A stretch of 64,000 nucleotides of DNA from Nostoc sp. (GTDB taxonomy: Bacteria; Cyanobacteriota; Cyanobacteriia; Cyanobacteriales; Nostocaceae): NCBI GenBank assembly GCA_036918135.1, contig JBALDB010000054.1:1-64000 (forward strand). Reading direction: 5' to 3'. Below, piece by piece: positions 28,464 to 39,373 of the stretch; the stretch's first letter is position 1; the number at the start of each line of letters is the position of its first letter. The translations under genes were made by a program, and so were the position numbers. A model generated the notes under the pieces. The model was given only the letters and a program-made list of their open reading frames with translations. It was not told where the DNA came from and made no database searches.

Positions 28464-28677
28464 CTAACTTTTACTCACTTAGAAATATTCAATTTATGAA
28501 TTAAAAAATATAAACAGTTGAGATTCTCTTCATACCTTGGTAAATTTAGTTATTTGCATACATATCTACAATCAAAATCTGCAAGAATGTCGGCTGGCGT
28601 ATAAAGCAATTCAAAGTACTTACTAAATGTATAGCTTGTATCATGTTGCAACCGCAGGTGACTAATAAAATTATTCT

Positions 28678-29349
28678 TTATGATACTTGTATATCTTGTA
28701 ATTTTGCCACCATTTCTGCACGTGCTGAAACCTTCAATTTCCGAAACATCCTCTTCAAAGCTTGCTTGACGGAATTTTGGGTAATCCAAAGTTTTTCGCC
28801 AATTTCTGCATTCGTTAATCCCTGCGCCACTAATTCGGCAATTTCTAATTCACGCGTTGTTAGAGGACTTGCTGAAACAGAATTGGATATTTTTGGTTTC
28901 GCCCGTAGAATTGCCATTTTAGCTGACAAATGAATACATAAAGCGCTCAAGTCAGCTAAATCATTACCATTAAAAGGGGGATTTCCCTTGTCACGGGCTA
29001 GATTAAGCGTTCCGATAAGGCGACCATCGCAAACAATTGGCCCAGTCATGACGTGTTCGTGGTCATGGCGCGAGCAAAAATGCTTCCAGTCTCCTGGAGA
29101 TAGTATTAACTGCTCGTGAGCAGGCGCGTGACGCTCAACCACATAGCGTCCCACTGGATTGCTTTCTAAGCATACTGCCGGAATGCCCATAACATCAATC
29201 TCAGCCGTTGATTCTTCGTCTAGGAGATAGATACCCCAATTTTGCACGCCAAAATGCTCGCTAATTTTATCAGCCAGAGCTAGCCTTAATTCTGGCTCGT
29301 TTTGGACATTAGCGATCGCATGAAATACGGCGTGAAGAGAATTAACCAT
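28678..29349 (-). CDS. GAF + LuxR-type HTH regulator
   Basis: LTTRELEIAELVAQGLTNAEIGEKLWITQNSVKQALKRMFRKL. Confidence 0.9.
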   Translation of the reverse strand: MVNSLHAVFHAIANVQNEPELRLALADKISEHFGVQNWGIYLLDEESTAEIDVMGIPAVCLESNPVGRYVVERHAPAHEQLILSPGDWKHFCSRHDHEHVMTGPIVCDGRLIGTLNLARDKGNPPFNGNDLADLSALCIHLSAKMAILRAKPKISNSVSASPLTTRELEIAELVAQGLTNAEIGEKLWITQNSVKQALKRMFRKLKVSARAEMVAKLQDIQVS

Positions 29350-29449
29350 AAGTGTACCCAGTTGGGGACTATCCAAGCCTCAACAATTACTTCTATGCTA
29401 ATACCAAGAAAACTAAAACGCTAATTACAGTAGCGACTAGGAGAAGCAC

Positions 29450-30106
29450 ATGACAGTTACACAACTCTCTGCTCAGGAACTTTTCCGGGCTGCTTACGAG
29501 AACCGCTATACTTGGGACAAAAATTTCCCCGGTTATACTGCAAACATTACCTATAAGTATGATGATAAAGTCTTCACGGGCAAAGTAATTATCAAAGCCA
29601 ATCTCAAAGCCGAAGTTTTGGACGTAGATGACGACCAAGCCAAGCAAGCAATTCACGGCCAAGCATGGGAAATTGCAATTCACCGCGTCCGTCGCAGCTT
29701 TGAAGATACCCACAGCACCAATACTTTTCGCTACGGTAAGACTGACGAAACAGGTGCAGTTGAACTTTTAGTTGGTGGTAAGGCTGAGGGCGATAAATAC
29801 AAAGTCCGCAACAATGAAGTCTGTCACGTTCACCGTCTGATTCACGGTACTTTTGTGACAATTGACACTTTTAGCAGTCACGATACTGGCGAAGGTTACT
29901 TGTCTCATACCTATGATTCTGTGTACCAAGACCCTAAAACTGGCGAACAAAAGGGCGGTAGAAGCGAATTTACCGATGAATATGAAAAAGTTGGTGATTA
30001 TTTCGTCTTAAATCGTCGAGAAATTCGCACCCAAATAGATGGACAAGTATCGATTCAAGAATTTGTCTTTTCTGATATCAAATTGTTGGAACCTGCTGCT
30101 GCTTAA
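29450..30106 (+). CDS. DUF3386-family protein
   Basis: LFRAAYENRYTWDKNFPGY, IHRVRRSFE; AGGAG ribosome-binding site. Confidence 0.85.
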   Translation: MTVTQLSAQELFRAAYENRYTWDKNFPGYTANITYKYDDKVFTGKVIIKANLKAEVLDVDDDQAKQAIHGQAWEIAIHRVRRSFEDTHSTNTFRYGKTDETGAVELLVGGKAEGDKYKVRNNEVCHVHRLIHGTFVTIDTFSSHDTGEGYLSHTYDSVYQDPKTGEQKGGRSEFTDEYEKVGDYFVLNRREIRTQIDGQVSIQEFVFSDIKLLEPAAA

Positions 30107-30129
30107 GTTGAATTTTGCATGAGAAATTA

Positions 30130-30165
30130 AAGCGATCGCTCTTTATTTTATAGGAGCGATCGCTT
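30130..30165. terminator. HIP1-based hairpin between convergent genes
   Basis: AAGCGATCGCTC..GAGCGATCGCTT inverted repeat. Confidence 0.5.
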
Positions 30166-30196
30166 CAGATATAATCAAAATTTAATATGATATGCG

Positions 30197-30886
30197 CTAG
30201 GCAAAAATAAGTTGCCAGCCAATAATAAAAATTGCTATGTCTGCAAAAATATGACTGATATATCCAGTCCAGATTGAGCGATATTCTAAGTAGCACCATG
30301 ACCATATTGCTCCTGCAAGAAATACGCCCAATGAGCATAACATTGTCGTTTGCCAATCAAAGTAAGCTAGTAGACCAACAGTGTGATGAATGGTAAAAAA
30401 TAGCGCACAAGTGATGACAGCCAAATGAGGCGTTACTAACATCTCACATTTGCGATACACAAACCAACGCCAGACAAACTCCTCAAGCAAAGAGTTAATG
30501 AATATCCAGTATGCTGAACCTAATAAATAAATAGTAAAGCTGTTTAATCCAATCTGAGTTGCTCTATCTCGAACGTATTTAATATCTACCCACTGTGGCC
30601 CCAACAGCCAATAAATAATTAGCATTATGGATAGCATCAATAGTCCTAATCCGACTCCAGCTAATAAATCATGTCCCTTCGGATATTGAACTTTTAAATT
30701 CTCTTTATCGACAAATAACAACCAAATAATAGGTACAACTAACAACCAAATTTTAGATAATAAACCTATAAAATGTCCTATTGTTCCAGGAAAGATGTAC
30801 AGTTCGGTTGCAATACCAATGCTAGGAGCTGGTACAAGCAACAACAGAGCTAGTAGTGGATTTAGATTGGGACTAGTTTTAAACAT
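30197..30886 (-). CDS. CPBP/CAAX-family intramembrane metalloprotease
   Basis: LLEEFVWRW, FFTIHH, SHIFAD motifs; multiple TM helices. Confidence 0.88.
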   Translation of the reverse strand: MFKTSPNLNPLLALLLLVPAPSIGIATELYIFPGTIGHFIGLLSKIWLLVVPIIWLLFVDKENLKVQYPKGHDLLAGVGLGLLMLSIMLIIYWLLGPQWVDIKYVRDRATQIGLNSFTIYLLGSAYWIFINSLLEEFVWRWFVYRKCEMLVTPHLAVITCALFFTIHHTVGLLAYFDWQTTMLCSLGVFLAGAIWSWCYLEYRSIWTGYISHIFADIAIFIIGWQLIFA

Positions 30887-31054
30887 GTAAAAGTTTTACT
30901 ATATTTGTACGCTTTGAACTTTTAATAATATATGCAAAGTATAAAATCTCAGTACCGCGATGGTAATTAAATAACGTGACAGTTTATCCGTCGTCACATA
31001 AATCTATTAACCATAGTTGCTATGTTTTAAGGACAAATTTTTATGCTTACCTAC

Positions 31055-31867
31055 TTAGCTACCAGTTGAACAATAGTATCGCTCTCCTAATTTCCAAAGC
31101 TGAAGCGCAACTATCAAAAATAAAATCCCTGCCAGTGGAGAAATGTAACAAAACCACAAAGGTACGAAAAATGTATCTTGCTTTTCTAGAACTGCAAGCA
31201 GAGGGAAATAACTTACACAAGCAAGCGGTATCAAGTAAGTGAAAAATCTTTGAAACCATTTGGTATAAATTGCAAAAGGATATTGAGCAGTTTCTACCCC
31301 TCCATAAGTGAGAATATTCATAATTTCTAAAGATTCAATAGTCCAAAATGTCAGGGTTGCTTGTACAATAACGATACCTACAAATAGTGCAACTGCACCA
31401 ATAAATGAAGTTGCCAAAAGCCACAATGTTTGAAGAGAAATAGAAATATGAAGAGTTGAAAGCGACCAGCAGATAACGACAAATCCTTGAGAAAATCTGC
31501 CGATTCTCTTCAAAGTAAATTCTGTACCTAAAATTTGAAGCACTGTAGTACGGGGACGAAGAAGTAAACGGTCAAAATCACCGTTCTTAATTATTTGTCC
31601 AAATGAATCAAACCCTCGTCCTAAAGCATCAGCACAGGCAAAAGAAATATTAACCATTCCATAAAAAAGAGCAACTTCACTCAAAGTCCACGTACCAATA
31701 CTATTAAAACGACTAAAAAGTGCCCAAATTCCCAAAAATTCGACTACAGTTCCTAAAAGATGCCCTAGAACTTGAAGCAAGAAGGACACTTTATACTGCA
31801 TTTGTGATTTTAAAGATACAGAGATATATCGAAAGTAGAGTAAAAAATTATTAAACAACATCCTCAA
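31055..31867 (-). CDS. ABC-2 family exporter permease
   Basis: IKNGDFDRLLLRP, QYPFAIY; hydrophobic. Confidence 0.9.
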   Translation of the reverse strand: MRMLFNNFLLYFRYISVSLKSQMQYKVSFLLQVLGHLLGTVVEFLGIWALFSRFNSIGTWTLSEVALFYGMVNISFACADALGRGFDSFGQIIKNGDFDRLLLRPRTTVLQILGTEFTLKRIGRFSQGFVVICWSLSTLHISISLQTLWLLATSFIGAVALFVGIVIVQATLTFWTIESLEIMNILTYGGVETAQYPFAIYTKWFQRFFTYLIPLACVSYFPLLAVLEKQDTFFVPLWFCYISPLAGILFLIVALQLWKLGERYYCSTGS

Positions 31868-31873
31868 ATTATC

Positions 31874-32692
31874 TCATCCTCCTTGAATTACAAGCTTTTT
31901 GATGCCAAGAATTACAAGCAAACGACCAAGAATAACTATTGCAAATATCCAGAAAAGTTGATGCAACAAGACATTAAATAGAGCATTTGGTGGAAGATTA
32001 CCAGTAAAAAGTCGAAAAGGTTGGTCGATAAGTCCTGAGAAAGGAAGTGCATTTAGTAAAGGCTTGCTCCAGTCAGGAAAAAGTGGTAAAGGAACAATCA
32101 TCCCAGAAAAAATAATAATCAAAGTGGGAAGAATACTATTAATTCCTTCACCAGAAAGTGTCCACATCATGGATACAGTAAGAAGCATAGTCAATGCAGA
32201 CGAAAGTAGAATTCCAGCAATAAAGGAGAAAACAAAGGCAATGAAACTAGCAAAAGAGGGTGGAAAAGAAAGCGATCGCTCTGAAAACCCGATCGCCGGA
32301 AAAATAAAAATTGTCACACAAAGAAGAGGGATAGCACGAAGAATAATCGGTGCTGTGCGAAGCGCCAAAGCACGAGTAAACCAAAAATTATAAAGGTCTG
32401 TAGGTCGCAGCAGATCGTAGCCTACGCCACCAGATCGGATCGAGTTTTGAATCTCGCGATCGCCTGACCAAGGAACGATCGCCATTAAAAACGCTTGTCC
32501 CAACCACACATATCCTACAGCCTGCTGAAAAGTTATTGGTTGAGCAGAGGTTGTATGAGTGAAAAATGCTTCTAGAACCATCACTTTTACGAACCCCCAA
32601 AACAACTGAGTTGCAACCCCCGCCAAAGCAGCAGTACGATATTGCAGCAACAACGTAAATCTGGCGATAAACAGTGACCAATATGCTTTCAT
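31874..32692 (-). CDS. ABC-2 family exporter permease
   Basis: LQYRTAALAG, IRSGGVGYDLLRP, SGMIVPLPLFP, C-terminal VIQGG. Confidence 0.9.
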   Translation of the reverse strand: MKAYWSLFIARFTLLLQYRTAALAGVATQLFWGFVKVMVLEAFFTHTTSAQPITFQQAVGYVWLGQAFLMAIVPWSGDREIQNSIRSGGVGYDLLRPTDLYNFWFTRALALRTAPIILRAIPLLCVTIFIFPAIGFSERSLSFPPSFASFIAFVFSFIAGILLSSALTMLLTVSMMWTLSGEGINSILPTLIIIFSGMIVPLPLFPDWSKPLLNALPFSGLIDQPFRLFTGNLPPNALFNVLLHQLFWIFAIVILGRLLVILGIKKLVIQGG

Positions 32693-32891
32693 CTTAATAG
32701 TAAGTTGACAAAAGATAAGGAGGATAATTCATAATTCAGAAGAGGGGTATTATTTATAGATGCCTTAAAAAATACTAGCTTATATGTATCACCAATTTCA
32801 CCAATAGGAGCAGAAGTTGAACTATTTGTGCATTCATCTTGATAGGTTAGATTAACAATACACTCAAGCTCTACTTTGTCAGCAAGCTTCT

Positions 32892-33125
32892 TTAAAAATC
32901 TCTCTCTGACTCTGACAGTTCAACTTCACTTATCGTTACTTGCAAGTCTTTATCCTTCAAGCCAATAAATGCAACTAAGAGCATTTTCTTAAATACATTG
33001 CTTCCACCTAAATTATTAAACTCTTCAAATGCATTTTTAGAGAAATATATTAGTTCTAATATGTCTGATTCAGTTCCGTTTTTGATTGTATCAGTCAACT
33101 TTTGGATAAAAACGTTGAGACTCAT
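32892..33125 (-). CDS. Small hypothetical protein within the ABC cluster
   Basis: 77-aa AT-rich ORF with GAGG upstream; no recognised motif. Confidence 0.4.
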   Translation of the reverse strand: MSLNVFIQKLTDTIKNGTESDILELIYFSKNAFEEFNNLGGSNVFKKMLLVAFIGLKDKDLQVTISEVELSESERDF

Positions 33126-33257
33126 CTTGCTTTTACCTCAGAATTAGCTTGAGTCATAACATCTTAATGTGTCTCTATTATAAATGACAAATGACCAATA
33201 CTTCTCTACGAGAGGCTGCGCCAACGGCTTCTCTCAGTACAAGTGACTAATGACAAA

Positions 33258-34250
33258 TTAATCTAAAATTCCTCCTGACTTCGCATAAAGTTCAGCAACT
33301 ATTTCCTCAATCGGTGGATTTTCTACAAAGAGATCCTCAACTTCGTATTTTGAGGTAACTTTGCTAATTAAAGATGCAGCAGAAAGCTTCGTGGGGTCGA
33401 AGGCTAAAGTTACAGTGCGACCTTCTTTAGAGATGATACTAACTCCTTGTTCCTCAAAGAAAAAATCATCATTTATGAGGTCTATTCTTAAGTACCGACG
33501 CGAGGAAACTTGAGAACGCAACGCTGTCAGAGTTCCATCACAGAGAATTTCACCGCCACCAATAATAATGACGCGATCGCACAATGCTTCGATATCATCC
33601 ATATCATGGGTTGTCAGAATAGTAGTTACTTGATGAGTTCTATTTAGCGTTTTGATAAATTTTCTGACCGCAAGCTTGGAAACCGCATCAAGCCCGATAG
33701 TCGGTTCATCTAGAAATAAAATTTCTGGTCTGTGTAACATTGCTGCGGCAAAATCACATCGCATTCTTTGACCAAGGCTTAACTGTCTGACAGGGGTAGA
33801 GAGAAAACTCTCAAGACCGAGCAAATCAATCATTTCTTGGCGTGTATTTTGGTATTCTGAATCAGGAACGCGATAAATATCCCGCAACAAATCGAAAGAC
33901 TCAATTACTGGTAGATCCCACCAAAGTTGCGATCGCTGACCAAACACTACTCCAATACGACTAACATGGCGAATTCTATCTTTCCAAGGAGTTCGTCCGC
34001 CAATTATACATTTTCCGCTGGATGGGACTAAAATACCACTTAAAATTTTAATAGTAGTCGATTTACCTGCCCCATTTGGGCCGATATATCCTACGAGTTC
34101 TCCCTGCTCAAGCGAAAATGAAACTCCTTTTAGAGCATGAACAACTCTGGTTTTTCTTTGCACAAGCCCTCGGATTGAACCTAAAAATCCAGAGGAACGT
34201 TCAGACACAAAAAAAGTTTTTTTCAGGTCTTCAACAAGAATCTGAGGCAT
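33258..34250 (-). CDS. ABC exporter ATP-binding protein
   Basis: GPNGAGKS, LSLGQRMR, LFLDEPTIGLD. Confidence 0.95.
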   Translation of the reverse strand: MPQILVEDLKKTFFVSERSSGFLGSIRGLVQRKTRVVHALKGVSFSLEQGELVGYIGPNGAGKSTTIKILSGILVPSSGKCIIGGRTPWKDRIRHVSRIGVVFGQRSQLWWDLPVIESFDLLRDIYRVPDSEYQNTRQEMIDLLGLESFLSTPVRQLSLGQRMRCDFAAAMLHRPEILFLDEPTIGLDAVSKLAVRKFIKTLNRTHQVTTILTTHDMDDIEALCDRVIIIGGGEILCDGTLTALRSQVSSRRYLRIDLINDDFFFEEQGVSIISKEGRTVTLAFDPTKLSAASLISKVTSKYEVEDLFVENPPIEEIVAELYAKSGGILD

Positions 34251-34288
34251 ATATATTCCTAGTCTTTTATTGTTAGTCAGACGCCCTA

Positions 34289-34430
34289 TATAGTAATTTT
34301 ATGAGAGTTGTGAAATTATCGTTATAAATGTCCTTGCTCAATTGTCCTTCGTGATTTGTAATTACAAAGGGCAAATAACTAATGACACTTAACAGTAGCA
34401 ATATTTCACAAATCATTTAGGACTGCTATA
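34289..34430. mobile_element. Degenerate MITE (TA-flanked)
   Basis: Imperfect inverted ends TATAGTAATTTTATGAGAGTTGTGAAAT / ATTTCACAAATCATTTAGGACTGCTATA. Confidence 0.55.
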
Positions 34431-34479
34431 TTACAATTTAGGTATTCCCACTGATTGGGAGACTAAATTAAATAGAAAT

Positions 34480-34872
34480 ATGAATAAACTAATTGAGTAC
34501 GAAGAAGCCAGCGACGAAGTACGTGCGGTATATGACGATATCCGCGCCACACGTCAGAATGACTATATTAACAACTTCTGGAAAGCCATAGCTAACCATC
34601 CTCCCACCTTGCAACGAACATGGCAAACATTGAAAGAAGTGATGACCAGTCCGGGTGAAATCGATCCATTGATGCGCGAACTGATTTATATTGCCGTGAG
34701 TGCGACAAATGGCTGCGAGTATTGCATCGCCTCACATACAGCAGCAGCGCGTGCCAAGGGAATGAATGATACCATGTTTGGGGAACTAATGGCGATCGCT
34801 GCCACCGCCAACATGACCAACCGTCTCGCTAACGGCTACCAGATTCCCGTAGATGAGCGATTCAAAACATAG
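34480..34872 (+). CDS. Carboxymuconolactone decarboxylase/AhpD-family protein
   Basis: RELIYIAVSATNGCEYCIASH. Confidence 0.92.
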   Translation: MNKLIEYEEASDEVRAVYDDIRATRQNDYINNFWKAIANHPPTLQRTWQTLKEVMTSPGEIDPLMRELIYIAVSATNGCEYCIASHTAAARAKGMNDTMFGELMAIAATANMTNRLANGYQIPVDERFKT

Positions 34873-35005
34873 AAATTCCTCTGGAAAAAGGAAAAATAAA
34901 AAATAAAATTTCTATAAATCTTAAGAAACTTACAATCATTTCTTCTTTCTTTTGCATGAGTACCTTTTTAGGTAATGTTATTAACTATTTATAGAATTAT
35001 TAACT

Positions 35006-35821
35006 ATGCCAAAGGTTCAAATTAATGGAATTGATTTGTTCTACGATATTAAGGGAACAGGTGAGCCTTTGCTATTAATAGCTGGCTTTCTTTGCGATCA
35101 TAGTTATTGGTCGCTGATTATGCCATCGTTGATTTCCCACTATCGAGTCATTCGCTTAGACAACCGAGGTATGGGGCGGAGTTCTGCTCCCCAAAGCCCT
35201 TATAGTATTAAACAAATGGCTGGCGATATTGCAGTATTGTTGGATTACATTGGTATTGACAAAGTACATCTAGCAGGTCATTCAATGGGCGGTCAAATTG
35301 CCCAAGAGCTAGCACTAGCATCCCCCCAAAAAATACAAAGTTTGATGCTACTTTCATCTTTGGCAAAAGGCGATGAATTATTCAACAGCATTATTGAAAC
35401 TTGGGGCGACCTTCTTAAAAATGTAAACTTGAAACTTTATGAAAAAGTTGTATTACCTTGGATATTTACAGATACTTTTTACTCAATTCCTGGAATGATT
35501 GAAGGTCTGATTGAATTTGCCATCAGATATCCCTTTCCACCTACAACTCACTCACTTTCTCATCACAGCCGAGCCATGCTTGACTTTGACACAACAGACC
35601 GCCTCCAACAAATTCATTGTCCTACTTTAGTTTTGGTTGGAAAACAAGACATTCTTACCCCGCTAAAATTTTCCCAGCAACTTGCTCAAGGTATTCCTAA
35701 CGCTGAACTTGTAGTCCTCGAGAGTGGTGGTCATGGCTTCTTGATTGAGTCTTCAGAGGTTGTGGTTTCAGCCATGCTTGATTTTTTGCAAAATTTAAAG
35801 CCAGTTTATAATAATTTTTGA
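35006..35821 (+). CDS. Alpha/beta hydrolase
   Basis: DNRGMGRS, GHSMGG nucleophile elbow, GKQD, GGH. Confidence 0.93.
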   Translation: MPKVQINGIDLFYDIKGTGEPLLLIAGFLCDHSYWSLIMPSLISHYRVIRLDNRGMGRSSAPQSPYSIKQMAGDIAVLLDYIGIDKVHLAGHSMGGQIAQELALASPQKIQSLMLLSSLAKGDELFNSIIETWGDLLKNVNLKLYEKVVLPWIFTDTFYSIPGMIEGLIEFAIRYPFPPTTHSLSHHSRAMLDFDTTDRLQQIHCPTLVLVGKQDILTPLKFSQQLAQGIPNAELVVLESGGHGFLIESSEVVVSAMLDFLQNLKPVYNNF

Positions 35822-36068
35822 CTTTAATTATTTATCATTTATCAGAAAAATTTTTAAAATTATTGGGCAAATTTAATTCCCTATTCATGACTTTCACTAT
35901 ATTTTATTACTTTTGTCTTTTGATGAATAATTATTTGAGAGTACAAAGCAAGGGGATTTATCAGTGAAATCAATCGAAAATTATCATCTAAAATTCTTAA
36001 ACTCTCTGATTAATCCGTTAGACCAATTCTAAATTCCAAATCCCAAATTTACTAACTTACTTAATCTT

Positions 36069-37184
36069 ATGCTACCTCTTACTGTTGGCGACCCGATTTC
36101 TTGGTTTATTCTTCCCTCAACCTCAAATCCAAATTTTCACTTTAACTCGGTTGGTGGATACCGAAGCATTTTATTTTTTTTTGGAAGTTCTAAAAATAAC
36201 TATATTCGGCAAATTATTGATGAATTTCTTAACCGACAGCAGCAGCTTACTGCCTATGAAGTACCATTTTTTGGTGTCAGCGTAGACCCAGATGACACTT
36301 TTTTGGCAGAGTTAATTCAGAATAAAACTTATTTCAAATTTCTTTGGGATTTTGAAAAAAAAATCAGCTTTGAATACGGTGTTTGTCAAGCAATATATCC
36401 GGGAAGTAACGAACTACAATACAGACCAACAATTTTCGTTTTGGACGAGAACTTACGAGTTATCAAGGTTTTGCCAATCTCTACTACTACTCATCCTTGC
36501 GAGCAAGTGTTTGAGTTGATTAAAAGCTTACCTGCAATCAGCGAAAATATTCCCGCAGCTAGACAAGCACCTGTTTTATTTATACCGAATGTTTTGGATC
36601 GAAGCTTTTGCCAACATTTAATTAATTTGTACGAAGCAGATGGTGGTGAAGATTCTGGCTTTATGCGACAAATCGACGGTAAAACAGTTGGAGTTACTGA
36701 CTATGGATTTAAAAAACGTCGAGATTATTTAATTTCCGATCCTCAACTATTAAAGCAAATCAATAATATGATTATGCGACGAGTTAAACCAGAAATTGAG
36801 AAGGCGTTTCAATTTAGTATTACTCGCTTTGAACGCTACTTGGTATCGTGTTACGAAGCAACTGATAAAGGCTTCTTTAATCGTCATCGTGATAACACTA
36901 CCAAAGGCACCGCTCATCGACGGTTTGCGATGTCATTAAATCTAAATACTGGCGCTTATAAAGGCGGCGATTTACGGTTTCCAGAATATGGACTCCAACT
37001 TTATACTCCAAATGTTGGAGAAGCAGTGATTTTTTCTTGCTCGTTACTTCATGAAGCTACCCCTGTAATCGGCGGACGGCGGTTTGTTTTACTGTCGTTC
37101 TTTTACAACGAAGAAGATGCTAAATTACGGCAAGAAAACAGCAAGTATCTTGTACTCAATAATAGCGATTCTGATAACAAGTAA
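36069..37184 (+). CDS. Redoxin-like + 2OG-Fe(II) oxygenase fusion
   Basis: N-terminal AhpC/TSA-like fold (FFGVSVD..PTIFVLDENLRV); C-terminal HRDNT, GGDLRFPEY, LLHEATPV..RFVL. Confidence 0.85.
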   Translation: MLPLTVGDPISWFILPSTSNPNFHFNSVGGYRSILFFFGSSKNNYIRQIIDEFLNRQQQLTAYEVPFFGVSVDPDDTFLAELIQNKTYFKFLWDFEKKISFEYGVCQAIYPGSNELQYRPTIFVLDENLRVIKVLPISTTTHPCEQVFELIKSLPAISENIPAARQAPVLFIPNVLDRSFCQHLINLYEADGGEDSGFMRQIDGKTVGVTDYGFKKRRDYLISDPQLLKQINNMIMRRVKPEIEKAFQFSITRFERYLVSCYEATDKGFFNRHRDNTTKGTAHRRFAMSLNLNTGAYKGGDLRFPEYGLQLYTPNVGEAVIFSCSLLHEATPVIGGRRFVLLSFFYNEEDAKLRQENSKYLVLNNSDSDNK

Positions 37185-37311
37185 AAAACAAATTTTCAAA
37201 TCATCAACCTGCTATTATAAACAATCGTATGCTAGCCGTCATCCTAGCAAACGCTTTCCCTGTATAAGTTGCAGGTCATTTTGAAATAAATGTAGTTTGT
37301 CAAGCTAGGTT

Positions 37312-38406
37312 ATGAATCGTAACAATATCGATAATAATCATAAACTTCCGTCAAAGGCAAAGCGTGTTACGATAAGTAGTTTGATAATTTTAGCTGCCCT
37401 TGCTGATGCTTATTTAATTTGGGCACTTTGGCCTAAAACTTGCCCAACAGGTCAACAAAAAATAAATAATTCATGTGCGTTAATTACTTCTCAGACTAAC
37501 TTAAAAATTTCTCCTAAAGCTACAGTTTCTCCTCCTAATTCCATTCCTATTTATAGTAATTTTGCTGAAGTACCTAATATTCCTCAGGGAATATTTAGGT
37601 ACGGTGGCTCTACAACTTTTGCACCACTAAGATCTCCAGCAATAACGGCGCAAATTCTAGAAGCTCATCCAGAATTTAAGTTAAGCTATGCTGCTCCACT
37701 GGTAGTAACTGAATCTGGCTCTAGTAGTGGAATCAGAATGCTTTTGGAAGGACAATTAAGTTTTTCTCAATCTTCCCGACCTATAAAAACACAAGAATTT
37801 CAAGAGGCAAAAACAAAGAATTTTCGGCTAGAACAAATACCTGTTGCCATTGACGGAATTGCTTTTTATGTAAATCATAATTTGTCTGTCCCTGGTTTAA
37901 CAGTGTCTCAGATTAAAGATATATATACTGGGAAAATCACAAATTGGAATCAAGTAGGTGGCCCCAATTTAAAAATTATTCCTTTAAGCCGCGATCCAAA
38001 AAATGGGGGTACTCCTGAATATATTCAAGAAACAGTTTTGGCGAATGAATCATTTGCCGAATCTGTAAAACCCTACATCCAAGATACTACAACTGCTATA
38101 CAAAAAGTTGCTATAACTCCCGGCGGAATTAGTTATGCTACGGCTTCAGAGGTTTGTAACCAATTGATTAAGCCTCTTTCCCTGGCTAGAGAGGCTAATC
38201 AAAATTTTGTGTCTCCTTGTACGGGAAAGCAAGTAAATAAAGTTGATTTTGTCAATGATGCTTACCCACTAATTAGACGGCTGTTCGTCGTAATTAAGCG
38301 AGATGGCACTTTGGATGAACAAGCAGGAGTAGCTTATGCTAACTTACTATTGAGCGATCGAGGTCAACAATTAGTAAATCAAGCTGGTTTTGTGCCGATT
38401 CGCTAA
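37312..38406 (+). CDS. PstS-family substrate-binding protein (membrane anchored)
   Basis: YGGSTTFAP, GSSSGIRMLL, PVAIDGIA, IYTGKITNWNQVGG, YPLIRRLFV. Confidence 0.88.
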   Translation: MNRNNIDNNHKLPSKAKRVTISSLIILAALADAYLIWALWPKTCPTGQQKINNSCALITSQTNLKISPKATVSPPNSIPIYSNFAEVPNIPQGIFRYGGSTTFAPLRSPAITAQILEAHPEFKLSYAAPLVVTESGSSSGIRMLLEGQLSFSQSSRPIKTQEFQEAKTKNFRLEQIPVAIDGIAFYVNHNLSVPGLTVSQIKDIYTGKITNWNQVGGPNLKIIPLSRDPKNGGTPEYIQETVLANESFAESVKPYIQDTTTAIQKVAITPGGISYATASEVCNQLIKPLSLAREANQNFVSPCTGKQVNKVDFVNDAYPLIRRLFVVIKRDGTLDEQAGVAYANLLLSDRGQQLVNQAGFVPIR

Positions 38407-38429
38407 ACCACTTTCAATTGTTGTCGAAG

Positions 38430-38465
38430 GTTTTAGTCCCCTTGCGGGGAAGTAGTAAGTGGAAG
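38430..38465 (+). repeat. Single orphan CRISPR-like direct repeat
   Basis: GTTTTAGTCCCCTTGCGGGGAAGTAGTAAGTGGAAG: GTTT start, TCCCC/GGGGA hairpin, GGAA(A)-like end; one copy only. Confidence 0.5.
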
Positions 38466-38474
38466 TTTTGTATA

Positions 38475-39221
38475 CTAAGCTGAGAGTGAAGCTTTAACTT
38501 GACCAAAACGGCGATCGCGTTTTTGGTAACTCAACAAAGCCTGATGAAATGCTTCTGTGTCAAAATCTGGCCAAAGAATATCAGTAAAATACATTTCTGT
38601 ATACGCCATTTGCCATAACAGAAAATTACTCAATCGCATCTCACCGCTGGTACGAATTAGCAAATCGGGTTCGGAAGTATCTGCTGTGTAGAGGTGTTTT
38701 TCTATAAGACTTTCATTTACTTGTTCTGCACTGAGTTCGCCTCGTTCTACTAATTCGGCTACTTGATGACAGACTTTTGTAATTTCGTTGCGACTACCGT
38801 AGTTGACTGCAACGGTAAAATGTATTGCTTGATTATTTAACGTTTCTGCCATTGAACGTTCCATTTCTGTTTGTAGAGACTTGGGTAGAACCGATAAATC
38901 TCCAATAAATGAGATTCGCACACCTTCTTGATGCATCTGTGCTAACTCGCGGCGCAGTAATCGCTCAAACAAAAGCATTAGAAAATCTACTTCTTCAACA
39001 GGACGCTGCCAATTTTCTGTTGAGAAAGCATAGGCTGTTAGTGCTTTGATTCCCCAATGTTTGCAGCAACGCAATAGTTCTTTGAGAGTTTTTGCTCCTT
39101 GGCGATGTCCGGCGATGCGCGGTAATCCTCGATTGGTTGCCCATCGACCGTTACCATCCATAATGACGGCTATGTGTTGGGGTAGGTATTGGGGGTTTAG
39201 ATCGGCGGGTAATAAAGTCAT
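38475..39221 (-). CDS. uppS: Isoprenyl transferase (undecaprenyl diphosphate synthase family)
   Basis: [47 protein letters not shown]. Confidence 0.93.
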   Translation of the reverse strand: MTLLPADLNPQYLPQHIAVIMDGNGRWATNRGLPRIAGHRQGAKTLKELLRCCKHWGIKALTAYAFSTENWQRPVEEVDFLMLLFERLLRRELAQMHQEGVRISFIGDLSVLPKSLQTEMERSMAETLNNQAIHFTVAVNYGSRNEITKVCHQVAELVERGELSAEQVNESLIEKHLYTADTSEPDLLIRTSGEMRLSNFLLWQMAYTEMYFTDILWPDFDTEAFHQALLSYQKRDRRFGQVKASLSA

Positions 39222-39286
39222 GGATTTTTGGTAAATAAAAGTATGAAATTTCACTCACAGACGCACAGAGTCGGTAAAAAGTTTAT

Positions 39287-39373
39287 TAGACCTCTTGCAA
39301 AAGTTCCATAACACCCCACCCCCAGCCCCAGCAGGCTCTTTGGGGTTCTTTTTTGATTTCTCCAAGAAGTCTA
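39287..39373. mobile_element. Short degenerate MITE
   Basis: Inverted ends TAGACCTCTTGCAAAA / TTCTCCAAGAAGTCTA. Confidence 0.5.
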
